Assembly: GCF_009914755.1 (NCBI RefSeq)
Contig: NC_060943.1
Direction: 5' to 3' (one strand)
Length of the DNA stretch: 64,000 nucleotides
Source: the human T2T-CHM13v2.0 reference genome, Homo sapiens
Each line of letters begins with the position of its first letter. Within the stretch, counting starts at the first letter, position 1. The translations under genes and the position numbers were made by a program. The notes beneath the pieces were generated by a model, which was not told where the DNA came from, did no database searches, and saw only the letters and a list, made by a program, of their open reading frames with translations. Positions 43,946 to 64,000 of the stretch are shown here, piece after piece.

Positions 43946-45235
43946 TAGCCAGGATGGTCTCGATCTCCTGACCTCATGATCTGCCCGTCTCAGCCTCCCA
44001 AAGTGCTGGGATTACAGGCGTGAGCCACCGCACCCGGCCATGGCACCCATCTTTATAGTCTTCCATGACACTGAAATTTTCACGTGGTGGCTCATGCCTG
44101 TCATCCCAGCGCTTTAGGAGGCCAAGGCAGGCAGATCGCTTGAGTTCAGGAGTTTGAGACCAGCTTGGGCAATGTAGCGAAACTCCGTCTCTACTGAAAA
44201 CACAAAAATTAGCCAGGCATGGTAGTGTGCGCCTGTAGTCCCAGCTACTCAGGAGGCTGCGGCAGGAGAATCCCTTGAGCCCGGAGGCGGAGGTTGCAGT
44301 GAGCTGAGATCTCCCGCCACCGCACTCTAGCTTAGGTGATACAGCGAGACCCTGTCACAAAAAAATTTAAAAAAGGCCAGGCACGGTGACTCACGCCTGT
44401 AATCCCAGCACTTTGGGAGGCCGAGGCGGGCGGATCACGAGGTCAGGAGATCGAGACCATCCTGGCGAACACGGTGAAACCCCATCTCTACTAAAGATAG
44501 AAAAAAATTAGCCGGGCATGGTGGTGGGCACTTGTAGTCTCAGCTACTCGGGAGGCTGAGGCAGGAGAATGGCGTGAACCCGCAGGCAGAGCTTGCAGTG
44601 AGCAGATCCAGCCTGGGCGACAGAGCGAGACTCCATCTCAAAAAAAAAAAAAAAAAAGCCTGAGTGGCCTAAAAAAGCAGCCTGTAGGGCAGATATTATA
44701 TGAGGCCCCCCAGTTCATCAGTTGGAAGCTTCTGGTTTAGGATATCAAAGTGGCCTTTTTTTTTTTTTTTTTTTTTTGAGACCGTCTTATTCTGTCACCC
44801 AGGCTGGAGTGCAGTGTCAAGAACTCGGCTCACTGCATCCTCCGCCTCCCAGGTTCAGGCGATTCTCCTGCCTCAGCCTCCCGAGCAGGTGGGATTACAG
44901 GCATGCGCCACCATGCCGGGCTAATTTTTGTATTTTCAGTAGAGACTGGGTTTCACCATGTTAGCCAGGCTGGTCTGGAACTCCCGACCTCAGGTGATCC
45001 GCCCACCTCGGCCTTCCAACGTGCTGGGATTGCAGGCGTGAGCCACCTCGCCCGGCCCAAAGTGGTCTTAAGCAAACACATTCCATCATCCTGGTCGCGG
45101 GAGAAGGTTGGGGAGCTCCCAACAGAGGACCCTAGTGGGGAGAGGATTGGGGAGCTGCCAAGGAAGGCCCCAAGGAGTTTGGATGGACGCAGGCATCGGT
45201 GATGGGACCCCCAAAGAGGACTTCTCTTCCTGCAG

Positions 45236-45393
45236 CTCCGGGATTGTGGAGGGCTGCGGGAGGTGGAGGTGACTGCCTGCCTGGTGTGGAAGGACTGGCC
45301 TCACCGAGTCCACCCCCACAGCCTCGTGGGGAAAGACTGCACCGACGGCATCTGCAGGGTGCGGCTCCGGCCTCACGTCAGCCCCCGGCACAG
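45236..45393 (+). CDS. RELB: RELB exon 5 [52 protein letters not shown]
   Basis: ctgcag|CTC...CAG|gtaccc; 158 nt. Confidence 0.96.
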
Positions 45394-45652
45394 GTACCCA
45401 CCCCCTGACCTCCGACCTCTCATCCTTGATCATGGAGATTCTAAGCGACTGGAGGCCACCCATGAAACTTTAGAGCAGAGGGCAGCTTGGGTAAACCCTC
45501 CCCACTGCCTCTTCTAGGTGGGAGACAGGCCTGGGGACAGTGGAGGGCCTCACTTAGGCCTGGAGCCTTGCCACACACATATTCACATACATTTTATCCC
45601 TATTTTGTAGAGGAAGAAACTGAGGCTCAGAGAGGGTAAGGAGCACAGATAA

Positions 45653-46124
<472 letters not shown>

Positions 46125-46562
46125 TGAGCATTTTTTCATAGTGCAAAGAGACAGAAAGGTAGTGACACACTTCACTGTGTTACACTGACTTTGGGTAGAG
46201 CCCTAAAGGCAGCACGCACTTCAGAGGTAGGGCTGAGTATTGCTCACACTCAGGTCTGGAAGATTTAATTTTAGAAATTTTTAAACTTAGTGAAAATATA
46301 AGTTCCGAGAGCAGAGATCTTGTCTCTTACATTCCCTGCTGTATTCCGAGTGTCTGGCATAGTAACTGGCACATAGTAGGTGCTCAGGAAATATTTGTGG
46401 AATGAATGAATACTGCCATGTTATGCAATTTACAGACCCATCAGTAATGGGTGAGAGCACCTGATTCTCCACAACCTCACCAGCACCGAGTATTATGAAA
46501 CATTTTGATTTTTGCTATTTTGATGAGTGCCCCAAAACAAAGGCATCTTCATTGGTGTTTAA

Positions 46563-46808
<246 letters not shown>

Positions 46809-46859
46809 TAGTACAGACGGGGTTTCGCCGTGTTAGCCAGGATGGTTACCATCTCCTGA

Positions 46860-47177
<318 letters not shown>

Positions 47178-47180
47178 TGA

Positions 47181-47498
<318 letters not shown>

Positions 47499-47584
47499 TG
47501 ATCTGCCCGTATCGGCCTCCCAAAGTGATGGGATTACAGGCGTGAGCCACCACGCCCGGCCTGAAGTTTTCCTATTAAAGATGA

Positions 47585-48331
<747 letters not shown>

Positions 48332-48428
48332 TGAGCCCCACAGCAGCATCTGCCAGAGCCCTCCTGCAGGTTAGGGCCACACTTGCCTGCTCACGAGCAC
48401 TCCTCTCCCTCCCCCGTCACCCCCTCAG

Positions 48429-48520
48429 TTTTAACAACCTGGGCATCCAGTGTGTGAGGAAGAAGGAGATTGAGGCTGCCATTGAGCGGAAGATTCAACT
48501 GGGCATTGACCCCTACAACG
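48429..48520 (+). CDS. RELB: RELB exon 6 [31 protein letters not shown]
   Basis: ctcag|T...AACG|gtgagc; 92 nt. Confidence 0.96.
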
Positions 48521-48705
48521 GTGAGCACCCCCTGCCTGACCTGACCATCCCGTCCTCCCAAACCCCTTGACTTCCGTGCTCACCCTGGTCCCCTCACCAC
48601 TCCAGGCCCCACCGTCTCCTCCAGCCCCATCCCTTCCCCGTTCCCCTGTACCCCAGAGAGGGTCTCCACTTCCCACCCTCAGCCTCCCCATATCTCCCCC
48701 GACAG

Positions 48706-48837
48706 CTGGGTCCCTGAAGAACCATCAGGAAGTAGACATGAATGTGGTGAGGATCTGCTTCCAGGCCTCATATCGGGACCAGCAGGGACAGATGCGCCGG
48801 ATGGATCCTGTGCTTTCCGAGCCCGTCTATGACAAGA
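48706..48837 (+). CDS. RELB: RELB exon 7 [44 protein letters not shown]
   Basis: gacag|CT...AAGA|gtgagt; 132 nt. Confidence 0.96.
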
Positions 48838-49231
48838 GTGAGTTGAGAGTGCTGTGGCCGTTAGGATTGCCCTTGGCTGCAGGTGTCAGAATGTCCCGCT
48901 TACAGAGGCATGAATGGCTCAGGCGCTGTGGCTCACGCCTGTAATCCCAACACTTTGGGAGGTCGAGGTGGGAGGATTGCTTGAGCCCAGGAGTTCAAGA
49001 CCAGCCTGGGCAACTTGGCAAAACCCTGTCTCTATAAAAAATTTAAAAATTAGCTGGGTGGCCAGGCACGGTGGCTCATGCCGGTAATCCCAGCACTTTG
49101 GGAGGCCAAGGCGGGCAGGTCACCTGAGAAGTCAGGAGTTTGAGACCAGCCTGGCCAACATGCCAAAACCCTGTCTACTAAAAATACAAAAATTAGCTGG
49201 GCGCAGTGGCAGGCGACTATAATCCCAGCTA

Positions 49232-50880
<1,649 letters not shown>

Positions 50881-51990
50881 TTACAGTCTATCAAACTCTC
50901 CTCAAGGAACCTTCTCTCACCTGGGACCCCATCAACTCTCCCTGAGGTCTGAGGGTCTCCCTTAAACATTTTTTAAAAATTATTTTTATTATTTTTTTTT
51001 AGAGATAGGGTCTCACTCTGTTGCCTAGGCAGTCATGCAGTGGTGCAGTCATAGCTTACTGCAGCCTGAACTCCTGGGCTCAAGTGATCCTCCCAGTTCA
51101 GCCTCACAAGTAGCTGAGACTACAGGCATGTGCCACCACACCTGGCTAAGTTTTATTTTTAAAACTTTGTAGAGCTAGAGTCTCACCATGTTACCCAGGC
51201 TGGTCCAGAACTCCTGGGCTCAAACGATCCTCCCTCCTCGGCCCCTCAAGTGCTGGCATTACAGGTGTGAGCCATCATGCCTGGCAATTTTTTTTTTCTT
51301 TTTTGAGAGAGATGGGGGTCTGCTATGTTGCCCAGGCTGGTCTTGAACTTCTGGCCTCACGTGATCTTCCTGGCTGGGCCCCCAAAAGTGCTGGGATTAC
51401 AGGTGTGAGCTACCTTGCCTAGCAAAGGATCTTCTTTTGTTTTGTTATTTTTTTGTTTGTTTGTTTTTTGTTTTGAGACGGAGTTTTCCTCTGTCACGAT
51501 GGAGTGCAGTGGTGCAATCTCAGCTCCCTGCAACCCCTGTCTCCTGGGTTCAAGTGATTCTTCTGCCTCAGCCTCCTGAGTAACTGGGACCACACCCAGC
51601 TAATTTTTGTATTTTTAGTAGAGTCAGGGTTTCACCATGTTGGCCAGGCTGGTCTCAAACTCCTGACCTCAAGTGATCCACCTGCCTCGGCCTCCCAAAG
51701 AGCTGGGATTACAGGCGTGAGCCACCATGCCCGGCAAAAGATCTTCGTTTTGGACAGACACTCACCGGGCTTCAGCTTGAGGGCTGGCGATTGTTCGTTA
51801 ACCCCTTCTGTCCGAGTGACTTCTTTCTCCACCTGGACTATGGGTTCCATGAGGATCAGATGCCCTGCCTTTTCAATTCCCTACGTCTCCAGGGCCCCGG
51901 GGATGGCACCCACTGGGTGCCCAGTAAGGCTTTGGTGACTGAATTCTCGGGATTTTTTTTAATACACTTCTTCCTCTTGCTCCTTCCCAG

Positions 51991-52095
51991 AATCCACAAA
52001 CACATCAGAGCTGCGGATTTGCCGAATTAACAAGGAAAGCGGGCCGTGCACCGGTGGCGAGGAGCTCTACTTGCTCTGCGACAAGGTGCAGAAAG
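51991..52095 (+). CDS. RELB: RELB exon 8 [35 protein letters not shown]
   Basis: cccag|AA...AAAG|gtgagg; 105 nt. Confidence 0.97.
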
Positions 52096-52790
52096 GTGAG
52101 GGGCCTGGGGCAGCAAGCTTGGGCAGAGCGGGGTCTGGCAACTTGGAGGGGTAGCCAGGGAGCCCGGGAAGATGAAAGGATGAGAAAGAGCTGGTTAACC
52201 AGGGCACCAGAGTGCAAGGGTCCAGAACACTGTCTTTGCAGTCAGACACAGCTGATGGGTTCATTCACTCCCTGAGTCGCCTTCTCACCCGTCTGCGTAG
52301 GACGACAGAGACTCGTCTGTGGTGACCCATGCTGCAAGCTAGGCGGTGCCATCACAGAGCTCACGACATGTCCAGAGGACTCTGATGTTAAGGGTGGAAT
52401 TGCATAAATGAACGCTTTACGGTGGTTCTGATAAGCGCTATGGGTAAAGCAAATAGGACAGGAGAAGCAACTCCACTTCATTCATCTCTGTTCAAATGGC
52501 CCTTCCTCAAACAGGCTTTTAAAAAAAAAAGACAGCTGGTCACCGTGGCTCAAGCCTGTAATCCCAGCAATTTGGGAGGCTGAGGTGGGTGGATCACTTG
52601 AGCTCAGGAGTTCGAGACCAGCCTGGGCAACATGGTGAAAACCCATATCTACTAAAAATACAAAAATGAGGGCTGGGCGCAGTGGCTCATGCCTGCAATC
52701 CCAGCACTTTGGGAGGCCAAGGTGGGCGGATCACCTGAGGTCAGGAGTTCGACACCAGCCTCCCAACATGGTGAAACCCCATCTCTACTA

Positions 52791-53048
<258 letters not shown>

Positions 53049-53124
53049 TCACTTGAACTCAGGAGTTCGAGACCAGCCTGGGCAACATGGTGAAACCCTG
53101 TCTCTACAAAAAATAAAAAATTTA

Positions 53125-53427
<303 letters not shown>

Positions 53428-53430
53428 TTA

Positions 53431-54096
<666 letters not shown>

Positions 54097-54519
54097 CTAA
54101 TAGTACCTTCTTCATAGAGTTGTTGTGTGACTTAGAGGCAATCTATATGTAACTGACACATATAAAGTCTCAGTACATGGAGGTACTGTGATGACGGGCG
54201 ATGCAGTAAGACAAGAAAAATAAATAGCAGGCAGAGTAGCATCATGAATCCTGACTCTTCCGCTACCAGTTGTGTGATGTCTCAACACTTTCAAGCCTCA
54301 GTTTCCGTTTTTGTTTTTTTTTTTAAGAACCAGGCTCTCGCTCTGTCTCTTAAATAGCTGGGACCACAGGCGTGCGCCACCATGCCTGGCTAATTTTTTA
54401 ATTTTCTTGTAGAGACAAGGTCTTGCTGTGTTGGCCAGTCTGGTCTTGAACTCCTGGCCTCAAGTGATCTGCCAGCTTTAGCCTCCCAAAGGGCTGGGAT
54501 TACAGGTGTGGGCCACTAT

Positions 54520-54915
<396 letters not shown>

Positions 54916-55121
54916 TGATCCGCCTGCCTCGGCCTCCCAAAGTGCTGGGATTATGGGCGTGAGCCACCGTGCCTGGCAAGGGGGATATTAATTCTACCTA
55001 CCTCTTAAATTGTTATAAGGATTAAATGAGATAATATATATAAAAATACATAAAACAAGGCCGGGTTTGGTGGCTTACATCTGTAATCCCAGCACTTTGG
55101 GAGGCCAAGGCGGGCAGATCA

Positions 55122-55547
<426 letters not shown>

Positions 55548-55636
55548 TTAGTCTTGATTTTAGGGGAGGCTGGGCAAGTTGGGAGCACAGTGGTCCAGAT
55601 GTCCTGGCTTAGCTGATGTCCCCCGTTTCCTGCCAG

Positions 55637-55852
55637 AGGACATATCAGTGGTGTTCAGCAGGGCCTCCTGGGAAGGTCGGGCTGACTTCTCCCAGGCCGA
55701 CGTGCACCGCCAGATTGCCATTGTGTTCAAGACGCCGCCCTACGAGGACCTGGAGATTGTCGAGCCCGTGACAGTCAACGTCTTCCTGCAGCGGCTCACC
55801 GATGGGGTCTGCAGCGAGCCATTGCCTTTCACGTACCTGCCTCGCGACCATG
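55637..55852 (+). CDS. RELB: RELB exon 9 [36 protein letters not shown]...FTYLPRDH
   Basis: gccag|AG...CATG|gtaact; 216 nt. Confidence 0.97.
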
Positions 55853-56372
55853 GTAACTACAGCAACCCAGGGTGACCCACGACCTCGGAGACTAGGTCTT
55901 TGGCCTTGGGGAGACCCCAGTGGGGATGGGAAAGAGGCAGAACTAGAATGCAGGCTCAGAGCTACAAAGACAGTGTTCAGATCCTGGCTCTGCTGCTTAC
56001 TGGTTGTGTGACCTTGGCCTCTCTGAGCCTCATTCTTCTGTGCAAAATGGAAATAATAGTAGCTGTCCTGTGACATTTGGAGAGTATTTAATCTTTCCTC
56101 CCCTCAGCATCCTGCACATGCCCGGGCCTGTGCTCGGTATTGCTAGAGACACAGCAGTGACCAGCACGGCCCCTAGCTGTGTCCTCATGAGGCTTATAGT
56201 CCTGAGGATAGGGGACAGCCTGTCCCTACAGAGTGATGACCAGAGTGGGCAGGACTGGAATGAAGTGCTCAAGGGCTCACATTGCCCAGAGGGGGTACCT
56301 GACCCAGCTGTAGGTGTCAGGGAATGCTTCTTGGAGGAGGGGACAGCTGAGCTGAGGACAGGAGGATGACTA

Positions 56373-56852
<480 letters not shown>

Positions 56853-57098
56853 TCAGGCTGGTCTCGGACTCCTGACCTCAGGTGATCCGCCCACTTCAGC
56901 CTCCCAAAGTGCTGGGATTGCAGGAGTGAGCCACCACGCCCAGCCAAGACTCCATCTTTAAAAAAAAAAAAAATAGGCCTGGCACAGCAGCTCACACCTG
57001 TAATCCCAACACTTCGGGAGGCCAAGGCAGGCAGATCACTTGAGGTCAGGAGTTCAAGACCAGACTGGCCAACATATAGTGAAATCCCATCTCTACTA

Positions 57099-57293
<195 letters not shown>

Positions 57294-57342
57294 TTATTAT
57301 TGATGAATTACTTCTTGTGTGTCCCTGGTATCTCCTTAACAG

Positions 57343-57411
57343 ACAGCTACGGCGTGGACAAGAAGCGGAAACGGGGGATGCCCGACGTCCTTGGGGAGCT
57401 GAACAGCTCTG
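57343..57411 (+). CDS. RELB: RELB exon 10 [23 protein letters not shown] (basic NLS-like)
   Basis: aacag|AC...TCTG|gtgtgt; 69 nt, phase 1-1. Confidence 0.94.
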
Positions 57412-57549
57412 GTGTGTGCCCTCTGCCCCTTTCCACCCCCATCCCCAGGTTCTGGGGAGGGGACAGCTGACCCCACTGCCCTGTCCCACCCCAGGCTGGG
57501 GAGGAAGGGCTGTCGGGGAACAGGGGTCCTCATCTCTGCCTTCCCTCAG

Positions 57550-57627
57550 ACCCCCATGGCATCGAGAGCAAACGGCGGAAGAAAAAGCCGGCCATCCTGG
57601 ACCACTTCCTGCCCAACCACGGCTCAG
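57550..57627 (+). CDS. RELB: RELB exon 11 [26 protein letters not shown] (basic NLS)
   Basis: ctcag|AC...TCAG|gtgggt; 78 nt, phase 1-1. Confidence 0.94.
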
Positions 57628-57919
57628 GTGGGTCCCAGCTACACATAAGCCCCTGTCCCCTGGGTGGGCAGAGGGTAAGTGGCAGCCCTGCTTTTCTGGC
57701 CTCTTCACGCCCTCCAAGAGCAGCCACAAGGCGAGTCACTCAGCACTTAGCCAGCAACATAGAGTAGAAAGAATGAGGGCTTTGGAGACAGAATGGAAGT
57801 TCTGATCTCTTCTGGGCCATTTCCTTGCTATGTGAACTTCATTAAGTTGTTCTACCTCTCAGAGCCTCAGGGACTCCTTTGAAAAGGCCCAGTACATACT
57901 TAGCTCAGTGGTGTTTTAA

Positions 57920-58159
<240 letters not shown>

Positions 58160-58249
58160 TGAACTCCTGACCTCAGGTGATCTGCTTGCCTCAGCCTCCC
58201 AAAGTGCTGGGATTACAGGCATGAGCCACTGCATCCCACCTATGATCAC

Positions 58250-59150
<901 letters not shown>

Positions 59151-59193
59151 AGGTTTGTCTTGTTCCAAAAAGAGAGTCCCTCTTTTTTTTTGA

Positions 59194-59295
<102 letters not shown>

Positions 59296-59789
59296 TGAGT
59301 AGCTGGGATTACAGGTGCCCACCACCATGCCCTGCTAATTTTTGTATTTTTGGGAGAGAAGGGGTTTCGCCATGTTGGCCGGGCTGGTCTTGAACTTCTG
59401 ACCTCAGGTAATCTGCCCGCCTCGGCCTGCCAAAGTGCTGGGATTACAGGCGTGAGCCACCATGCCTGGCCTGAGAATCCCTCTTATAATGAAACTTTTT
59501 GATTTGATTGTTATTTTTTCTTAAGTCCCCATTATGCCTGAGAATGACATTTATTTTTTCTGACAATTTTGGGACTGGTGACTTCCCAACTTGTGTCTCC
59601 CATGGTCTGGAGATTTCACTTTTTGGGTTGTCTCTGTATGTTGGGGGGCTTTGGAACCTCTTCTCCTTTCTCACTCTCAGGGAAAACTCTCCACAGCTGT
59701 GTAGGAGCATGGTTTCAACCCCAGTTCCACAACAGCTGTGTGAGCCTTCCATTTACTTTCCCTCAGTGCCTTAGTTTACTTATTATTAA

Positions 59790-59948
<159 letters not shown>

Positions 59949-60503
59949 TAAATAATTTTTTTGTAGAGACAGGGTCTCGTCACGTTGTGCTGGGATTACA
60001 GGTGTGAACCACCACGCTTGGCCTTCAATTTACTTATTATCTGAGAATGGTGATAGTCCCACACGGATTCTCCTTGGGATTAAGAGGGCACCTAAGGCCA
60101 GGCTTGGTGGCTCACACCTGTAATCCCAGCACTTTGGGAGGCCGAAGCAGGTGGATCACCTGAGGTCAGGAGTTCGAGACCAGCCTGGCAAACATGGTGA
60201 AACCCCGTCTCTACTAAAAAGATAAGAATTAGCTGGGCATGGCACATGCCTGGCCTGTAGTTCCAGCTACTCAGGAGACTGAGGCAGGGGAATCAACTTG
60301 AACTGGGGAGGCAGAGGTTGCAGTGAGCCAAGAGCACGTCATTGCACTCCAGCCAGGGTGACAGAATGAGACTCCATCTCAGAAAAAAAAAAAAAAAGGC
60401 CACCTTGATATCACATTTTGCAGGGAGTAGGGCATTTGATTTAGGGCCTGATCAGAAGTTAGCCCTAAATCACACTACACTTCTCTTGTCTTCATCCCCG
60501 TAG

Positions 60504-60889
60504 GCCCGTTCCTCCCGCCGTCAGCCCTGCTGCCAGACCCTGACTTCTTCTCTGGCACCGTGTCCCTGCCCGGCCTGGAGCCCCCTGGCGGGCCTGACCT
60601 CCTGGACGATGGCTTTGCCTACGACCCTACGGCCCCCACACTCTTCACCATGCTGGACCTGCTGCCCCCGGCACCGCCACACGCTAGCGCTGTTGTGTGC
60701 AGCGGAGGTGCCGGGGCCGTGGTTGGGGAGACCCCCGGCCCTGAACCACTGACACTGGACTCGTACCAGGCCCCGGGCCCCGGGGATGGAGGCACCGCCA
60801 GCCTTGTGGGCAGCAACATGTTCCCCAATCATTACCGCGAGGCGGCCTTTGGGGGCGGCCTCCTATCCCCGGGGCCTGAAGCCACGTAG
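60504..60889 (+). CDS. RELB: RELB exon 12 coding part, C-terminal transactivation domain ...[12 protein letters not shown]
   Basis: cgtag|GC...TAG; 386 nt. Confidence 0.96.
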
Positions 60890-61269
60890 CCCCGCGATGC
60901 CAGAGGAGGGGCACTGGGTGGGGAGGGAGGTGGAGGAGCCGTGCAATCCCAACCAGGATGTCTAGCACCCCCATCCCCTTGGCCCTTCCTCATGCTTCTG
61001 AAGTGGACATATTCAGCCTTGGCGAGAAGCTCCGTTGCACGGGTTTCCCCTTGAGCCCATTTTACAGATGAGGAAACTGAGTCCGGAGAGGAAAAGGGAC
61101 ATGGCTCCCGTGCACTAGCTTGTTACAGCTGCCTCTGTCCCCACATGTGGGGGCACCTTCTCCAGTAGGATTCGGAAAAGATTGTACATATGGGAGGAGG
61201 GGGCAGATTCCTGGCCCTCCCTCCCCAGACTTGAAGGTGGGGGGTAGGTTGGTTGTTCAGAGTCTTCCC

Positions 61270-61275
61270 AATAAA
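61270..61275 (+). terminator. RELB: RELB polyadenylation signal AATAAA
   Basis: AATAAA about 380 nt after the stop, followed by GT/T-rich sequence. Confidence 0.88.
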
Positions 61276-61338
61276 GATGAGTTTTTGAGCCTCCGGGGTT
61301 TCGTCTGTTCTGGGCTTGGGAAACGCCCTAGTCCCTTA

Positions 61339-62000
<662 letters not shown>

Positions 62001-62039
62001 AAGCATCCAAGCTCTTCCCTTCTCCGCTCTCCCACTTCT

Positions 62040-62600
62040 TCCTCGGGATCCCGCCCCTCTCGACTCTAGGACCCGCCTCTCTCGTCGGCGGAAGTGCGCT
62101 GCGCGGCCCTCCACCATGCTCCGCCCCCTCCCCCTAGCGCGGCCTTTCATTTCCGCTTCCGGTGCGGGCCGCGCGCGAGCGCAGCGGTGGGAGGCGGCGA
62201 CCAGCCGGTGAGTGCAGGCTGCGGCTCGACCTCCCGGTTTTCGGGCAGGCCTCAGCCCAGCTTCTCCCTTTCCTCAGGCTCTCCCCATGCTGCTGTGGGC
62301 TTCTGCTGCGTCCCGGCCCCGAGGATCGCTCGTCCCTCACCCCATTAGGCCTGACGGGCCTCAGGCCGAGCCCGTGCCCCGGCTGTGGGCCAGAAGTTGC
62401 CGCGTCGAACTCGGCCTTCGGCCCAGCAGCTTATCACAGGCCCCGCCCCCTTGTCAAAAAAAAAAACAACAAAAAAAAAACCCAGCCCAAATCCTCAGGC
62501 CGCGACGCGATCCACAAGCCCCGTCCAAACCTTCGGTCTCCGCCCTTTCCCGCAAGCCCTGCCCCCAAGCTCAGCCCACGCCCTCCTGTCAGCCAGCTCC
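62040..62600 (+). promoter_or_regulatory. CLASRP: CLASRP CpG-island promoter and non-coding exon 1 (ends 62207)
   Basis: ETS/GABP motifs GCGGAAGTG 62088-62096 and tandem TTCCGCTTCCGG ~62151-62162; GC boxes; donor CCG|gtgagt at 62208. Confidence 0.85.
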
Positions 62601-63311
62601 GCCTCTCTCAGGCTCTACGCTCTTTTTCTTTGGATGCTCTCCCCACCCCGCCATCTAGATCCCATCTTTAGACCTCAGCTTCACTCTGGTCTCCTTGCAA
62701 CACTCCCTCCCCGTGTTCCCACTCCCTCTAGCATCTTCATCTTCCGCCACGCCCTTCACCTGTCCTCGACCTCCACCTTCATACAACTGCACTGTTCCCT
62801 TAAAAGCTTTCTCCGATTTCCTCCACCTGCCTTCATCCTTATTCTCCTTATCCCTCTACCACCCAGACTCATACCCAACCCCACGCATGGCCCCTAGTGG
62901 GAGCCTTTTCAGTTCTTCTCTTTCTCTTGAGCTCCAGCCTTAAGTGCTCAGGGTTTGCCTTCTGACCCTACTTCAAACACTGCTGATGTTTCAAAACCTT
63001 TCATTCCCGACTCCAGCGCGTGGAATCTAGGACACCCCTTTCCCAGTGATGCTCACCTCAGAATCACCTGAGGGTTTTTCAGAATGCCCAAGCTTCTAGA
63101 TCGAAGTTGTTAGGGATGGACTTGAACATCTGGCATACTGTTCTGCAGCTTCACTTCTGCTCCCTGAAGCTAAGAGATGTGTTGTTTGGGATCGACTCTG
63201 CCACCAACTTGTTAGATGACTTTGATTCTGCCCATACGGGTTTCACAGACCATCTGACTTTCCTGGTCCCTTCATCCCTCAGGTTGAGGCCCCAGGCTTG
63301 GCCTCACCACA

Positions 63312-63410
63312 ATGTGGCACGAGGCTCGGAAGCATGAGCGGAAGCTTCGAGGCATGATGGTCGACTACAAGAAGAGGGCGGAGCGGAGACGGGAGTATTA
63401 TGAAAAGATC
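63312..63410 (+). CDS. CLASRP: CLASRP first coding exon (exon 63283-63410) MWHEARKHERKLRGMMVDYKKRAERRREYYEKI; gene continues beyond the window
   Basis: cctcag| acceptor at 63283; ACAATG start; ATC|gtgagt donor; N-terminus recognised as CLASRP/SFRS16 (SWAP-family SR splicing factor). Confidence 0.93.
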
Positions 63411-64000
63411 GTGAGTAACTGGCCTTTTGTCTGGGGTGAGGGACCCTGGGTTGGGGGGCACAGCTGGTCATCCTGGTAAAATCTGGGCTTGGAAGTATGT
63501 CAAGACAAGAGGCTCATTTCCTCAGGAGTATATTCATTAATCTTTTCTTGAGGATAATCATTGGTGGGATCCCAAGGGCTTCTGTTTGTTGTAGCATACT
63601 GTGTCGTTTGGTGTGGCCTCCCAGTGCTGATCCGGTGTTAGCAAGAAAAAGGGAAGTCTCTGTAACCCTCAGAGCAGTCCTGACGTTAGACTGGCCACCT
63701 CCAGAATGTCTGTTTCGCTTATTGCTGTGTTCCCCATTCCCAGAAGAGCTCAGCCACTCTTGAGATTTGGCTTGGCACACAATAGGAGTGAGTATTAAGT
63801 TGGCCTGGCACAGTGGCTCACGCCTGTAATCCCAAGTGGATCACCTGAGGTCACGAGTTCGAGACCAGCCTGGCCAAAAGGGTGAAACCCCATCTCTACT
63901 AAAGATACAAAAATTAGCCAGGCTTAGTGGTGTGTGCATGTAGTCCCAGCTACTTGGGAGGCTGACGCACGAGAATTGCTTGAGCCCGGGAGGAGGAGGC

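Noticed and set aside
57412-57549. RELB intron 10 is 138 nt (multiple of 3), suggesting in-frame retention
   Set aside because: An in-frame TGA occurs at about codon 20, so retention would give a premature stop and probable NMD.
61041-61050. GGGTTTCCCC kB-like motif in the RELB 3'UTR
   Set aside because: Imperfect match next to a MIR-like remnant; chance occurrence is likely.
62094-62943. Several long ORFs over the CLASRP promoter/intron 1
   Set aside because: CpG-island and C-rich low-complexity artefacts crossing the exon 1 donor.

Overview
This is human/primate genomic DNA: GC-rich, very Alu-dense, with spliced genes. I recognise it from the encoded proteins as the CLPTM1-RELB-CLASRP locus (19q13.3). 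All three genes are on the + strand. (1) CLPTM1: last 10 coding exons (183-15735, 513 codons + stop, ending ...EDKKKD*; polyA signal 16147). (2) RELB: complete, 12 coding exons (24400-60889). They join with consistent phases into 1740 nt = 579 aa + stop, including a 9-nt microexon at 32632-32640. The CpG-island promoter has two kB sites, a CRE, an E-box and a CCAAT box. (3) CLASRP: promoter, non-coding first exon and first coding exon (MWHEARKHERKLRG..., 63312-63410), <1 kb after the RELB polyA signal. Nearly all other supplied ORFs are Alu or GC-rich artefacts. I see no wholly new gene system. The best leads are an apparent ancient tandem duplication of the RELB NLS exon (exons 10/11), a near-consensus AluY next to the microexon, a motif-dense TATA/kB/EICE island in RELB intron 2, an unidentified polyadenylated retrocopy-like fragment in intron 5, an inverted insertion within an Alu, and non-canonical AUG/uORF arrangements in RELB and CLASRP. 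Repeat family calls are by eye, with approximate boundaries.
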